Assembly: GCF_006345805.1 (NCBI RefSeq) | Contig: NC_043001.1 | Span: forward strand, 128,898,001 to 128,962,000 | Source of the DNA: Octopus sinensis | Lineage: Eukaryota | Direction: 5' to 3' | DNA: 64,000 nt | The notes under the pieces: model-generated | What the model was told of the DNA's origin: nothing | The model's input: only the letters and a program-made list of their open reading frames with translations | Database searches by the model: none | Program-made: the position numbers and the translations under genes | In this document: piece by piece, positions 40,062 through 52,849 of the stretch | Position numbering within the stretch: the stretch's first letter is position 1 | Layout: each line of letters starts with the position of its first letter

Positions 40062-40158
40062 ATATGTATGTATATATGTATATATGTATATATTGTAATA
40101 TATATATAATATATATATATATTATATATTATATAGATATATATATATAATATATATT

Positions 40159-40192
<34 letters not shown>

Positions 40193-40209
40193 ATCTATAT
40201 AATATATAT

Positions 40210-40467
40210 TGGCTGAATGGTAAGAAGCTTGCTTCCAACCACATAGTTCTGGGTTCAGTCCCACTGTGTGATACCTTGGGCAAGTGTCTTTTACTATAGC
40301 ATTGGGCAGACCAAAGCCTTGTGAGTGGATTCGGTAGATTGAAACTAAAAAAGCCTGTTGTATTATAATATAATATAGAATATATATAGCTATTTAATAA
40401 GAATATAATAAATTTTAGAATACTTGTGAGTGGATTTGGTAGACGGAAAACTAAGAAGCCTGTCGTA

Positions 40468-40505
<38 letters not shown>

Positions 40506-40544
40506 TATATATATAGATATAATATATATATATATATTATATAT

Positions 40545-40595
<51 letters not shown>

Positions 40596-40800
40596 CTGTG
40601 TTTGTCCCCCTAGCATTGCTTGACAACCGATGCTGGTGTTGTGTTACGTCCCCGTCAATTAGCGGTTCGGCAAAAAGAGACCGATAGAATAAGTACTGGG
40701 CTTACAAGAATAAGTCCCGGGGTCGATTTGCTCGACTAAAGGCGGTGCTCCAGCATGGCCGCAGTCAAATGACTGAAACAAGTAAAAGTAAAAGGAGTAT
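40210..40800 (+). mobile_element. SINE family A with duplicated core segment
   Basis: Head and core at 40210-40360, repeated ttgtgagtggatttggtagacggaaa at ~40424, 3' module to 40800. Confidence 0.88.
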
Positions 40801-41047
40801 ATATATATATACATGTGTGGTGTGTGTGTATGTGTGGTGTGTAATATATATCATATATATATATTATATATATATATATATATAAAATATATATATATAC
40901 ATACATACATTATATATTCAGATATATATGGCTATTTATATATTATAAATATGGCTTTCTATATATATACATATATTATATAGAGCTATTTATATATATA
41001 TTTATCTATATCTACCTCTCTATTTCTCTCTCTCTATATCACTCTTC

Positions 41048-41079
<32 letters not shown>

Positions 41080-41177
41080 GTGTGTATATGCATATCTATG
41101 TATCTCTCTATATGTGCAGATCAGTCACTCTATTTATGCATGTCTATATATATCAATGTTTGTGTGCATGTATGTGC

Positions 41178-41210
<33 letters not shown>

Positions 41211-41881
41211 GACGAGAGAGGGTGAGGGGTAGAGAGAGCCAGAATACATTCACTGCATTATGCTGATTTACATATTTCAACCACCTTGCAAAAAATATTG
41301 GAAAAATACAACAAAAGTCTTTAAGCGAATATATTAAAGAAAAAGCTGTTTAGAAGATGCAGAAATTTCGGGTAGATTGGGGGTGGTTTGGATTGGCTCT
41401 CTTCCTACGCCATTGGTCTTGTTGCTAAAAGGTTAGAACTGGGTGTGACTGAAGGAGAAAGTTGGGAGGGAAAATTGAATAGATTAGAGTTAAAACGTTG
41501 ATGAAGTGATATGAATGGCACTGTTGGTTGGGAATATATTTAAGGAAAGGTAATTATGTAGAGTGATATTTATACATAGATACATATATACATACATACA
41601 TACATACATATGTGTATGCATGTGTATGTGTATATATATATATATATATACATACACACACATATATATATATATATAAATACCCATATAAACATACAAA
41701 TATATGAATATACATACATACATACGTACATACATACATACATATACATATATATGTATGTTTATATATATATATATATATATTTATTTATATATTTATA
41801 TATATTGACACACCCACCTACACACACATACTTACAGATATAAATACCTATATAAACATACAAATATATGAATATACATAC

Positions 41882-41925
<44 letters not shown>

Positions 41926-42231
41926 TGACACACCCATCTACACACACATACTTACAGATATAAATACCTATATAAACATACAAACAAATATATGAATATA
42001 CATATATATATATTTGTATATACACATACACATGTATACTTTATATATATACATACATACATATATATGTGCGTGTGTGTGTGTATGTGTGTGTGTATGT
42101 GTGTGTGTATATATATATATATATGTATATACACATATATACATGCGTATATCAATTATTAACAATTGAAGCAGTATTTCTATGACATTTTTATATCCAA
42201 CTTAATGCAGTTTTATGACATTCTTAATGTT

Positions 42232-42488
42232 CTTGAGCAAGACACTTTATTTCACGTTGCTCCAGTTCACTCAGCTGTAGAAATGAGTTGCGACGTCACA
42301 GGTGCCAAGCTGTATCGACCTTTGTCTTTCCCTTGGATAACACTGGTGGCGTGGAGAGGGGAGGCCGGTATGCATGGGCGACTACTGGTCTTCCATAAAA
42401 ACAACCTTGCCCAGACTTGTGCCTCAGAGGGTAACTCTCTAGGTGCAAACCCATGGTCACTCATGACCGAAGGGGGTGTTTACCCTTA
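42232..42488 (+). mobile_element. Headless SINE with CORE-like domain
   Basis: ttcttgagcaagacactttatttcacgttgctccagttcactcagctgtagaaatgagt...; related older copies near 7020-7200 (+) and 13040-13205 (-). Confidence 0.6.
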
Positions 42489-42758
42489 ATGTATGACATG
42501 CTTATGGTTTATCCACGGTCAGTTTGGTATAAAGATTGCTGCAGACATAGATGCACGCACAGACACATGCACATGCATCCACACTCACATATGCACACAC
42601 AAATACACATATGCACACACATGTATTGTATATACACATGAATACGTGTGTGCGACACTTGGGCAAGTCTCTTTTACTATAACCTTGGGCTGACCAAAGC
42701 TTTGTAAGTGGATTTGCTAGATGGAAACTGAAAGACGTCCAAAGTACATATATATATC

Positions 42759-43507
42759 CGAGACCTCTGGAAGTGTGCTGTGCGCGAGAAGACCCGGCAG
42801 GACAAGTGAGTCCACAACCCGTGGCCTTCTACATGGGATGGAGCCAGCCTACGTATGCATACCTTCCCTTCTTGGGACACAAAACTCTACTTGTGAAGAC
42901 GTGTTGAGGCAAGTGAGGATCAGAATCGAAATCGATCAATGGAAATTGCGGATGTGCTACCAGTGCCGGTGGCATGTCGAAACTCTGCTTGTGAAGACCC
43001 GTTGAGGCAAGTGAGGATCAGAATCGAAATCGATCAATGGAAATTGCGGATGTGCTACCAGTGCCGGTGGCATGTCGAAACTCTGCTTGTGAAGACCCAT
43101 TGAGGCAAGTGAGGATCAGAATCGAAATCAATCAATGGAAATCGATCGATGGAAATTGCAGAGGTGTTACCAGTGCCGGTGGCATGAAGAGAACTTTCCG
43201 TTCGCGACCGTTGCCAGCACCGCCCCGTTTCGTGTCCGTTGCCAGCCTCGCCTGGCCCTCGTGCCGGTGGCACAATAAAAAGCACCATCCGTTCGTGGCC
43301 GTTTGCCAGCTCTGTCTGGCACCAGTGCGGGTGGCACGTAAAAGCACCCACTACACTCACGGAGTGGTTGGCGTTAGGAGGGCATCCAGCCGTAGAAACA
43401 CTGCCAGATTTGACTGGGCCTGATGAAGCCTTCTGGCATCACAGACCCCAGTAGAACCGTCCAACCCATGCTAGCATGGAAAACGGACGCTAAATGATGA
43501 TGATGAT
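42759..43507 (+). mobile_element. 5'-truncated LINE: last ORF2 codons plus long 3' UTR with 98-bp x3 tandem repeat and (GAT)n tail
   Basis: RDLWKCAVREKTRQDK* then units starting 42882, 42980 and 43078; ends ...cggacgctaaatgatgatgatgat. Confidence 0.85.
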
Positions 43508-43510
43508 GTG

Positions 43511-43589
<79 letters not shown>

Positions 43590-43599
43590 TATATATATA

Positions 43600-43630
<31 letters not shown>

Positions 43631-44320
43631 CATACATATATATATATATGTATATGTACATATGTATGTATATATATATGTATATATGTATGTGTATATA
43701 CATATATATATACATACATATGTACATATACATATATATATATATATATGTGTATATACATATATATATACATATATATATGTGTGTGCATGTCTTTGTG
43801 TCTGTTTGTCTCCCCCCCATTCACTGCTTGACCACCAGCATCGGTGTGTTTATGTTCCAGTAACTTAGAGGTTTGGTAAAAGAGACCAAAGAACAAGTTG
43901 TAGGCTTGAAAAAAAAAACAAAGAAAAAGATTTGTTCAATTAACAAAAAAAAAAAACCTTCGAGGCAGTGCTTCAGTATGGCTACTGTCAAATGACTGAA
44001 ACATGTAAAAGAAAAACATAAAAGAACACGCACACACATTCATAAATGCACACACACACACACACACACAAATATATATTCATAAATACACATACATGGT
44101 GCATAAAGAGGGTTATAATCCAAGCTGCACCCTTGTAATGTGCAACTGCATTGTCTGTTTCTTCAAGACTCTTTGTACATATTATAAGTGTGTGAGACAT
44201 GCACAAAAATTGAAAAATAAGGGAAGATAGTATTTGAATATTTTGGTATTATTTATTTACAAATACATGCATTTCATTTGCTAATATAAGTTACAAAATT
44301 GTACACTTAAGAAAAATTTG

Positions 44321-44401
44321 TATCTCCTATTAGAAATTCTTCAGACAGCATATCAAATAAATATTTTGATTCTCTGCCTGAAGAATTTCAAATAGGAGAT
44401 A
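44321..44401. other. 81-nt hairpin (28-nt arms, 26/28 complementary)
   Basis: tatctcctattagaaattcttcagacag / ctgcctgaagaatttcaaataggagata. Confidence 0.8.
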
Positions 44402-44764
44402 TCCTACATGCTTTTCCTATACAGTTTTGTAACTCCTATTAGCATGTGAAACAAGTGTAATGGTGAATAAATAATAATACCTAAAATATTTCTACAAATC
44501 TTCTGTTTTGATGCACATACATCTATACATAAATACAAACACACACACATATATATATATATAGAGAGTGTGTGTATGTGAGAGAGAGAGTATTTAAATA
44601 TTTGACAAAATTATCTTAATATTGTTCAGTTATAGCTTTGATAATTCTGAGTTCAATTCCTGCCTGAATTCATTTAAAGATTTGAACCAAATAAATAAGT
44701 GAATATATAAAAATAAAGTGAAGTTGAGTCAATTGAATATATTCTCTACTCCCTAATGCATGGT

Positions 44765-45185
44765 CTTTACCTACTATTACTATGCTCTGAGTTCAAATTA
44801 TGCTGAAGTTGACTTTGCCTTTCGTCCTTTTGGGGTTGATAAATTAAGTATCAGCGAAGCACTCAGGGTTGATGTAATCAACCTACCTCCTACCCCAAAT
44901 TTCAGGCCTTGTGCCTAAAGTAGAAAGGTTTATTATTAAAAAAGAAAATAAAAAAAAATAAGGTGGTGAACAGGCAGAATCGTTAGCACATCAGGCGAAA
45001 TGCTTAGCAGTATTTTGTCTGTTGCTACGTTCTGAGTTCAAATTCCGTTTAGGTTGACTCTGCCTTTCATCCTTTCGGGGTCAATAAATTAGGTACCAGT
45101 TGAGTACTGGGGTCGATGTAATCAACTAACACCCTCACCCAAAATTCTGGCCTTGTGCCTTTAGTAGAAAGGATTATTATTATTA

Positions 45186-45247
<62 letters not shown>

Positions 45248-45690
45248 ATTATTGTTAATGTTATGAAGGTCATGGATAGTAGGATGAATAGAAGACTGAT
45301 TATAATGTTTTGTGGTGTCCAGTTATATCCCATTACATTCTGAGTTCAAATCCCACCTGAGTCAGTCAGTTCTCCATCTGTTCAGGGTTAATGAAATAAT
45401 CATCACACAAATACTAAGGTGAATTTAACGGAGATGCTGTACATCATCTGACTCTCCCCTTTCCCAAACCTTATCTTTTGCAAACAACAAATCAGTGTTG
45501 TTCCTGTTATTAGTAACTTCTTTAAGGTAGCAAGCTAGCAGCATCATTAGCACATCAGGCTAAATGCTTGATAGTGTTTCTTCAGCTTTTTATGGTCTGC
45601 GTTCAAATTTTCCTGAGGTCAGTTATACTTTTCATCCTTTCTGGGTCAATAAAATAAGTACCAACTGAACACTGGGGTTGATGTGATTGA
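44765..45690 (+). mobile_element. Chain of SINE family B copies with (ATT)n spacers
   Basis: Copies near 44780, 44958, 45265 and 45525. Confidence 0.8.
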
Positions 45691-45986
45691 TGAAAGAATT
45701 ATTAGTAGCTTCATGGAATTCTAAATTGAAGGATGGCATTTGGTAGAAGAAACAGAAAACTGAACAAAATGCCTTACAGCTGTTTATTGTTGCCCTTGTA
45801 CATTCTAATGGATATCCAGCCCAGTTTAACATGCCTTTCATCTTTCTGGAACTCACTAAGGCAACACCAATCAACCAATCATATACTTGGGCTGATTCAC
45901 TTAAACTAAGCCCCTCTCTAATTAATTTATGGCTTTTGATATAAAGAGAAATCATTGAGAATTGTTTTCAGTTAGAAAGAAATTCT

Positions 45987-46392
45987 AGGCGCAGGAGTGG
46001 CTGTGTGGTAAGTAGCTTGCTTACCAACCACATGGTCCTGGGTTCAGTCCCACTGTGTGACATCTTGGGCAAGTGTCTTCTACTATAGCCTCGTGCTGAT
46101 CAAAGCCTTGTGAGTGGATTTGGTAGACGGAAACTGAAAGAAGCCCGTTGTATATATGTATATATGTGTGTGCGTGTGTGTTTTTGTGTCTGTTTGTCCC
46201 CCTAGCATTGCTTGACAACCGATGCTGGTGTGTTTATGTCCCCGTCACCTAGCGGTTCGGCAAAAGAGACCGATAGAATAAGTACTGGGCTTACAAAAGA
46301 ATAAGTCCCGAGGTCGAGTTGCTCGACTAAAGGCGATGCTCCAGCATGGCCGCAGTCAAATGACTGAATCAAGTAAAAGAGCAAAAGAGAGA
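45987..46392 (+). mobile_element. SINE family A, full length
   Basis: Full match to family consensus. Confidence 0.95.
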
Positions 46393-47212
46393 GTAATTGT
46401 TTTCGGTTATTTACATTATTTTTGTCGCTGTGTTAGGTTACAGTAGGCATCAAACTAACAGAATTGTTTGAGTGTTGGAAAAAATTCCTTGTGGCGTTTA
46501 TGGGTTCCAGTACTTTATGTTCTGAGTTCAAATCGCACCAAGGTCAACTTTACTTTTCATCTCACTGGAGTCAGGTTGTGTGGCTAAGAAGTTTGTTTTG
46601 GAATCGTACATGTTTAGGTTCAGTTCTACCGTCCAAGGTCTGGATGCTCTGCAGCTGCCATTACTGAGGAAATCATTGATTGTATTCACCTCACAGTGAT
46701 GGATGACAGACAACTGATTGTAAACCAAATAGCCAATGCTATTAGCACATCTCATGAGAGAGTTGAGAATATTTTGCACAAAGAACTTGGCATGATGATT
46801 TCTGCTTGGTGGGTGCCACGTCTTCTGATACCTGATCAAAAATGTACCAGGGTGATCACATCAAGGGAAAATCTGGCATTGTCTGAGGAGAATACTATGC
46901 CAACTTGCTGAAGCTGTTATGAAACGAAATCAAGACCAACTGTCCAGGAAATCTGACAAAAGGGGTCTTGCTTCATCAGGACAAAACTCCAGCACACAAG
47001 TCCTTGCTTTCAAGGGCTGCTGTGCTTGATTGTGGCTTTGAACTGGTTGATCACATTTCTTATACTCCTGATTTGGCTCCATACGACTACGATCTGTTCC
47101 CCAACAGAGAAAACATTTGGCTGGGAGGCAGTGTCACAGCGATGATGATATTATGTCTGCTATTTACATTATTTACATTTGACAGATATTTGTCCTCATC
47201 TTGTTTGTTGTT

Positions 47213-47258
47213 AACACAACATTTCGACTGATATACCCTCGAGCCTTCTTCAGGTGTC
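47213..47258 (-). ncRNA. Minimal type I hammerhead (left arm)
   Basis: GACAC-CUGAAGA-A-GGCUCG-aggguaua-UCAGUC-GAAA-U-GUU-GUGUU. Confidence 0.72.
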
Positions 47259-47306
47259 TTGCGGAAATTTTGAACCTGAGTTCTCATTCCTAAGATATTT
47301 TTTGAA

Positions 47307-47352
47307 GACACCTGAAGAAGGCTGGAGGGTATACCAGCCGAAATGTTGTATT
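47307..47352 (+). ncRNA. Minimal type I hammerhead (right arm)
   Basis: GACAC-CUGAAGA-A-GGCUGG-aggguaua-CCAGCC-GAAA-U-GUU-GUAUU; perfect 6-bp helix II. Confidence 0.75.
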
Positions 47353-47614
47353 AACAACAAACAAGATGAGGACAAATATCCGTCGAATGTAAATAATGTA
47401 CATAATTCCTCATCTCTTAAATATAGAACTATATCATGTCTGCTGTTGATGACTTTTTTTGACCAACAAGGTGAAAGCTTCTTCATCATTGGGATCCAAG
47501 CATTGCAACACCGATGGAAGTGTGTGGAGCTCAAGAGAAACTATGTTGAAAATAAACCTCATTTGGTCTTATTCTTTGTCAGTCTATGAACATTTCTGCC
47601 AACCCTTATACATT

Positions 47615-47818
47615 TATTCTTTTACTCTTTTACTTGTTTCAGTCATTTGACTGTGGCCATGCTGGAGCACCGCCTTTAATCGAGCAACTCGACTCCGGGA
47701 CTTATTCCTTTGTAAGCCCAGTACTTATTCTATCGGTCTCTTTTGCCGAACCGCTAAGTAACGGGGACATAAACACACCAGCATCGGTTGTCAAGCAATG
47801 CTAGGGGGACAAACACAG

Positions 47819-47881
<63 letters not shown>

Positions 47882-48063
47882 ATATAATATATATATATAC
47901 GATGGGCTTCTTTCAGTTTCCGTCTACCAAATCTACTCACAAGGCTTTGGTTGGCCAGAGGCTATAGTAGAAGACACTTGCCCAAGGTGCCACGCAATGG
48001 GACTGAAACCGGAACCATGTGGTTGGTAAACGAGCTACTTACCACACAGCCACTCCTGCGCCT
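47615..48063 (-). mobile_element. SINE family A, full length
   Basis: Full match to family consensus. Confidence 0.95.
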
Positions 48064-48513
48064 ATATTTATACTCACATATGCATGTACATATATAGGAG
48101 AACTATAGTAAGGATAAATTTTGTTATGATTATTCTGAGTTCAAATCTGGCTGAGATCAAATTTACCTTGCAACTCTCTGTAGTTGATAAAATAAAGTAC
48201 TTCTCAAGTACTAGGGCTGATATAATCAGTTGCTCTCCTCCTTTAAAATTTGTTGGTCTTGTGCCTAAATTAGAAATAGTAATAATAATAATAATAATCC
48301 TTTCTACTAAAGGCACAAAACCTGAAATTTTGAGGGGAAAGGACTAGTTGATCACATCGACCCCTAGTGTTTCACTGGTACTTAATTTATCGACCCCCGA
48401 AAGGATGAAAGGTAAAGTCGACCTCAGCAGAATTTGAACTCAGAACATAAAGATGGACAAAATGTTGTTAAGCATTTTTCCCAGCATGTTAACAGTTCTG
48501 CCAGCTTACTGCC

Positions 48514-48572
<59 letters not shown>

Positions 48573-48773
48573 GATGATGATGATGATGATAATAATAATA
48601 GCTCAGATTCATGTAAAAAGCACCCAGTACACTCTGTAATGTGGTTGGCATTAGGAAGGGCATCAAGTCATAGAAACCATGCTAAAATAGACAATTGGAG
48701 CCTAACCAGCTCTCTGGCTGGCCAGTTCCTGCCAAACTGTCCAACCCATGCCAGCATGTAAAACAGACGTTAA

Positions 48774-48807
<34 letters not shown>

Positions 48808-48959
48808 CTATGATGAATGGCTATTATTATTATTATCATTATCCCTCAAATCATGTCCTACTGTCTTAAGAAAAAGGCAAGGACACATAAAGAGATGGGG
48901 TGGTCACAGCTGGAATGCAGTTGATTGCAGGTCTCTTCAGTCAAGGATGATCTGAAACT

Positions 48960-49428
48960 AAACAACAATAGGAGCAGCAGTGCTGCTGTCACTGTTGCCT
49001 GCACTGCCACTACCGTCGTCGCCACCGCCGCTGCCACCACCACCACCGCCATCACCACCACCACCACCACCACCGCCAGCACCAGCAGCAGCACGACCAG
49101 CACCACCACCGCCACCACAACCAGCACCAGCACCACCACCAGCACCACCACCACCAGCACCACCAGCACCACCAGCAGCAGCAGCAGCACCACCACCAAC
49201 ACCAGCACCACCACCAGCACCACCACCAGCAGCAGCACCAGCAGCAGCAGCACCAGCAGCAGCAGCAACAGCAGCAGCAACAGCACCACCACCACCATCA
49301 CCACCACCACCACAGCTGCCGCCACTAAAACCACCGCCACCACCACCACAGCCGCCGCCACCACCACCACCACCACCACCACAGCCGCCGCCACCACCAC
49401 TACCACCACCGCCGTCACCACCACCACA
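48960..49428. repeat. (ACC)/(AGC)/(GCC) cryptic triplet repeat
   Basis: Mixed triplets open in several frames on both strands. Confidence 0.92.
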
Positions 49429-49713
49429 TGCTAATAATGCATCCTTTATGCAAATCAGCATATCTGATTTAATAAAGCCCTTAATAATTGAGGCCATAAA
49501 CATGGTATCCAGTGTGGTCAGTCAGAGAAAGGAGGTTAGTTGCTGATGAAAACAGAATCTTTAATAAACATTGAAAGCAGTTGTCCAGCAGATACTTCTC
49601 TGGCATATTTAATGATGTTTAATTTATTTACACTTGTAATACAAGCTGAAATCTACAAGTTTATTCTATAATATATATTAGCACCAAAAATAAGCACTCA
49701 TGATGGATGCACT

Positions 49714-49746
<33 letters not shown>

Positions 49747-50252
49747 CTAGCAGTATCGCCCGGCGTTGCTCGGGTTTGTAAGGGAAATAACTATATAAGC
49801 ATTTTTAGAGAGTTACTTCCCTTATAAATTCGGGCTTTCTTAGCCATTTTTGTTTTGGTGTCTTCAAGCCATGAAGTCGTTGTCTAAAAGAACGCTGGTC
49901 TCCTTCACAACGCATTACGACGTTGATTTCTTTACACTCCCTCCCCACAGCTTCACGAGGGAGGGAAGAGGGGGAGAAGCAAACAGGTGCAGCTGTGACC
50001 ATGGACGCCAACTCCGCCGCCATCGACATACGATGCATTTTATGCATTAAAATGGAATAAAAAATGATGTTAAATTATTTTTAAAATCGTAGACTCATCG
50101 TTGACGCGCGCTAATAGTCAGACGGGCTCGATATGAATCACGACTATAAGATACCCGAATTTGGTTAAACTGCACCGCAAAATGTGGGAGGAGTTAGGAA
50201 TCTAAATCGAAGGGGACAGACACTCACACAACTAGAGTTTTATATATATAGA
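49747..50252 (-). mobile_element. Non-autonomous Helitron
   Basis: 5' TC(TATATATATAAAA), 3' hairpin CCCGAGCAACGCCGGG then CTAG; inserted between A and T, no TSD. Confidence 0.88.
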
Positions 50253-50276
50253 TATATATATATATATATATATATA

Positions 50277-50578
50277 TCTTTATATATAAAAGTGAAGTTG
50301 TGTGAGTGTCTGACTCCTACGATTTAGATTCCTAACTACTCCAACATTTTGCAGTGCAGTTTAACCAAAACCGGGTATCTTATAGACGTGATTCATATTG
50401 AGCCCTTCTGGGTATTAGCGCGCATCTACGATGAGTCTACGATTTTAAAAAAATTTACCATAATTTTTTCCCATTTTTAATGCATTTTTTTGCTATTATA
50501 TAAGGGAAGTAACTCTCTAAAAATGCTTATATAGTTATTTCCCTTACAAACTCGAGCAACGCCGGGCGATACTGCTAG
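50277..50578 (+). mobile_element. Non-autonomous Helitron, shorter variant, head-to-head with the previous copy
   Basis: 5' TCTTTATATATAAAA ... CTCGAGCAACGCCGGGCGATACTGCTAG|T. Confidence 0.88.
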
Positions 50579-51184
50579 TATATATATACACACATACACA
50601 TATATAAGACTATTGAAAAGGTTGCAAGATGCAACGAAAATTTTAGGAAAATAAAAATAAGAAATAAGTGGAAATTTTACAAAAAGAAAATGACTCTCCC
50701 CAGACACAATAAAATATGCTTCAACACACGAACTCACACAAAGAATCTTGCAAACTAAATCCAAAAACGAAATATAAAAGATATTTGATACAGTCAAAAT
50801 ATTTTAAGGAAGATGTTCTTAGAAGTTATGAACTGTTTTAAAAAAAGTCTTTTGAAAGAAAAAATGCTATGAACCATTTCAAAAGACGTTTGGTATGGTC
50901 GAGTATGGGATGTTATGTACATACATACATACATACATACACACACACATACACACATACATACATACACACATACATACATACATACATACATACATAC
51001 ATACATACATACACACATACATACATACACATACATACATACATACATACATACATACATACATACATACATACACACATACATACATAGGGAAAGTTTA
51101 CGAAAATAAACAAAAGACGAAGGCAGGTGGAGTACAAACAAACAAATGTATTAGTATAGTGCTCAGGAATAGAAATAGAAAAGG

Positions 51185-51222
51185 TCTTTTACGTTTCGAG
51201 CCTACACTCTTCGACAGAAAGA
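51185..51222 (-). ncRNA. Hammerhead-like motif with CUGUCGA core (element ~51088-51258)
   Basis: UCUUU-CUGUCGA-A-GAGU-guag-GCUC-GAAA-C-GUA-AAAGA; same family as 38663. Confidence 0.6.
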
Positions 51223-51329
51223 TTCACAGAAAAAAAACAAGGAGAGGAACAAGGAGATACATACATACGTATGTACATCTGCATGTATGATTTTTCTTTG
51301 AGTTTTATTTTAGTTCTTCTTGATAGAAT

Positions 51330-51665
51330 TCAAGCCAGTTGCTAACAAAGTGACAAGACTTTTTGAGTTAAGAGGGTTACCAGTGTTTGTAAATATGTGG
51401 TTGAGTTGGCATGTTGGTTGAACTGTCGATGCACACTACCAAGTGTGTGTATCTAATCACAACAATCTCACATGAAGAATTTTTTTTAAAGTCTTATAAA
51501 TCTTCACCATGCTACTAATAAAGTGGATTTGGAAAATCTGCATCAGTTTCTTTTGCACTTTTTCCATGAAAGTGTGTATTTCAAAGATATTTTTGTGCGC
51601 CTATGATGTTAGGTACAAATGAAAATTCATAGTCAGGGTACAAGAGATGTAAGCTCTGCATTAAT
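51330..51665 (-). pseudogene. Non-LTR retrotransposon (restriction-like endonuclease clade) 3' end
   Basis: LMQSLHLLYPDYEFSFVPNIIGA...KKLMQIFQIHFISSMVKIYKT resembles the post-REL C-terminus. Confidence 0.6.
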
Positions 51666-51679
51666 TCACTATACATACA

Positions 51680-51713
<34 letters not shown>

Positions 51714-51748
51714 CATACATACGTACGTACATACATACATACATACAT

Positions 51749-51787
<39 letters not shown>

Positions 51788-52056
51788 CATGCAAATGTAT
51801 TAGAGAGTAAAAGGGAAAGTTATATTAGAGAGGTTGGGAAAGTTATATCTTAAAAATTACAGTAGAGAAAAGTATATAATATAAGCAATTAAATATTAAT
51901 TATTAATAAATAAATAGATTAAGTACAGCTATGATCATTAAGAAAAATTGAGTCCCTGAATATCTTTTTAAGGTTTTAGACATATCTCATATCAGAGCAC
52001 TTAATTGACATCCAGTACACCTTGTTTTCACAGGACATATTTAATTAATTATGTAT

Positions 52057-52220
52057 AGGCGCAGGAGTGGCTGTGTGGTAAGTAGCTTGCTAACCAACCA
52101 CATGGTTCCGGGTTCAGTCCCACTGCATAGCACCTTGGGCAAGTGTCTTCTACTATAGCCCCGGGCCGACCAATGCCTCATGAGTGGATTTGGTAGACGG
52201 AAACTGAAAGAAGCCTGTTG

Positions 52221-52252
<32 letters not shown>

Positions 52253-52482
52253 ATATATGTATGTATGTGTGTTTGTGTGTCTGTGTTTGTTCCCCTAGCA
52301 TTGCTTGACAACCGATGCTGGTGTGTTTACATCCCTGTCACTTAGCGGTTCGGCAAAAAGAGACCGATAGAATAAGTACTGGGCTTACAAAAAGAATAAG
52401 TCCCAGGGTCGAGTTGCTCGACTAAAGGTGGTGCTCCAGCATGGCCGCAGTCAAATGACTGAAACAAGTAAAAGAGTAAAAA
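52057..52482 (+). mobile_element. SINE family A, full length
   Basis: Full match to family consensus. Confidence 0.95.
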
Positions 52483-52617
52483 AGTATACATATATGCATA
52501 CATACAAATATACATATGCACGTATGTATGCATGCATGTATGTGTTCATGTGTGTGTACATGAATGTGTGTGTGTATATATATATTCTCGCACACACAAA
52601 TATATATACTTATTTTT

Positions 52618-52840
52618 TTATTGCCTACAAGGGGCTAAACATAGAGGGGACAAACAAGGACAGACATAGGTATTAAGTCGATTACATCGACCCCAGTGCG
52701 TAACTGGTACTTATTTAATTGATCCCGAAAGGATGAAAGGCAAAGTCGACCTCAGCGGAATTTGAACTCAAAACGTAGCGGCAGATGAAATACCGCTGAG
52801 CATTTTGTCTGGCATGCTGTTTCTGCCAGCTTGCTGCCTT
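52618..52840 (-). mobile_element. SINE family B (tail variant 2)
   Basis: Reverse complement of the 17372 type. Confidence 0.9.
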
Positions 52841-52849
52841 ATATATATA

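Larger units (their letters stand above)
47162..47430. mobile_element. Fold-back insertion with twin hammerheads and 14-bp TSD
   Basis: TSD atattatgtctgct (47148-47161) / atatcatgtctgct (47431-47444); ~95-bp inverted arms. Confidence 0.92.
46630..47610 (+). pseudogene. Mariner (DD34D-type) transposase relic, internally deleted and interrupted
   Basis: RPRSG..ITEE..SAWWVPRLL..; GVLLHQDKTPAH..HISYTPDLAPYDYDLFPN; resumes after the insert as SAVDDFFDQQ..GIQALQHRWKCVELKRNYVE. Confidence 0.93.

Noticed and set aside
42882-43185. Regular repeats as a CRISPR-like array
   Set aside because: Units are contiguous with no unique spacers, the context is eukaryotic, and there are no cas genes.
43418-43440. 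CTGATGAAGCC-ttct-GGC hammerhead-like start
   Set aside because: No GAAA follows, and other copies of this LINE tail read ctggtgcagcc, so it is a chance mutation.
48925-49546. Thr/Ser-rich and Pro/Ala-rich ORFs suggesting a mucin or extensin
   Set aside because: Coextensive with an ACC/AGC repeat, open on both strands, with no splice or domain evidence.
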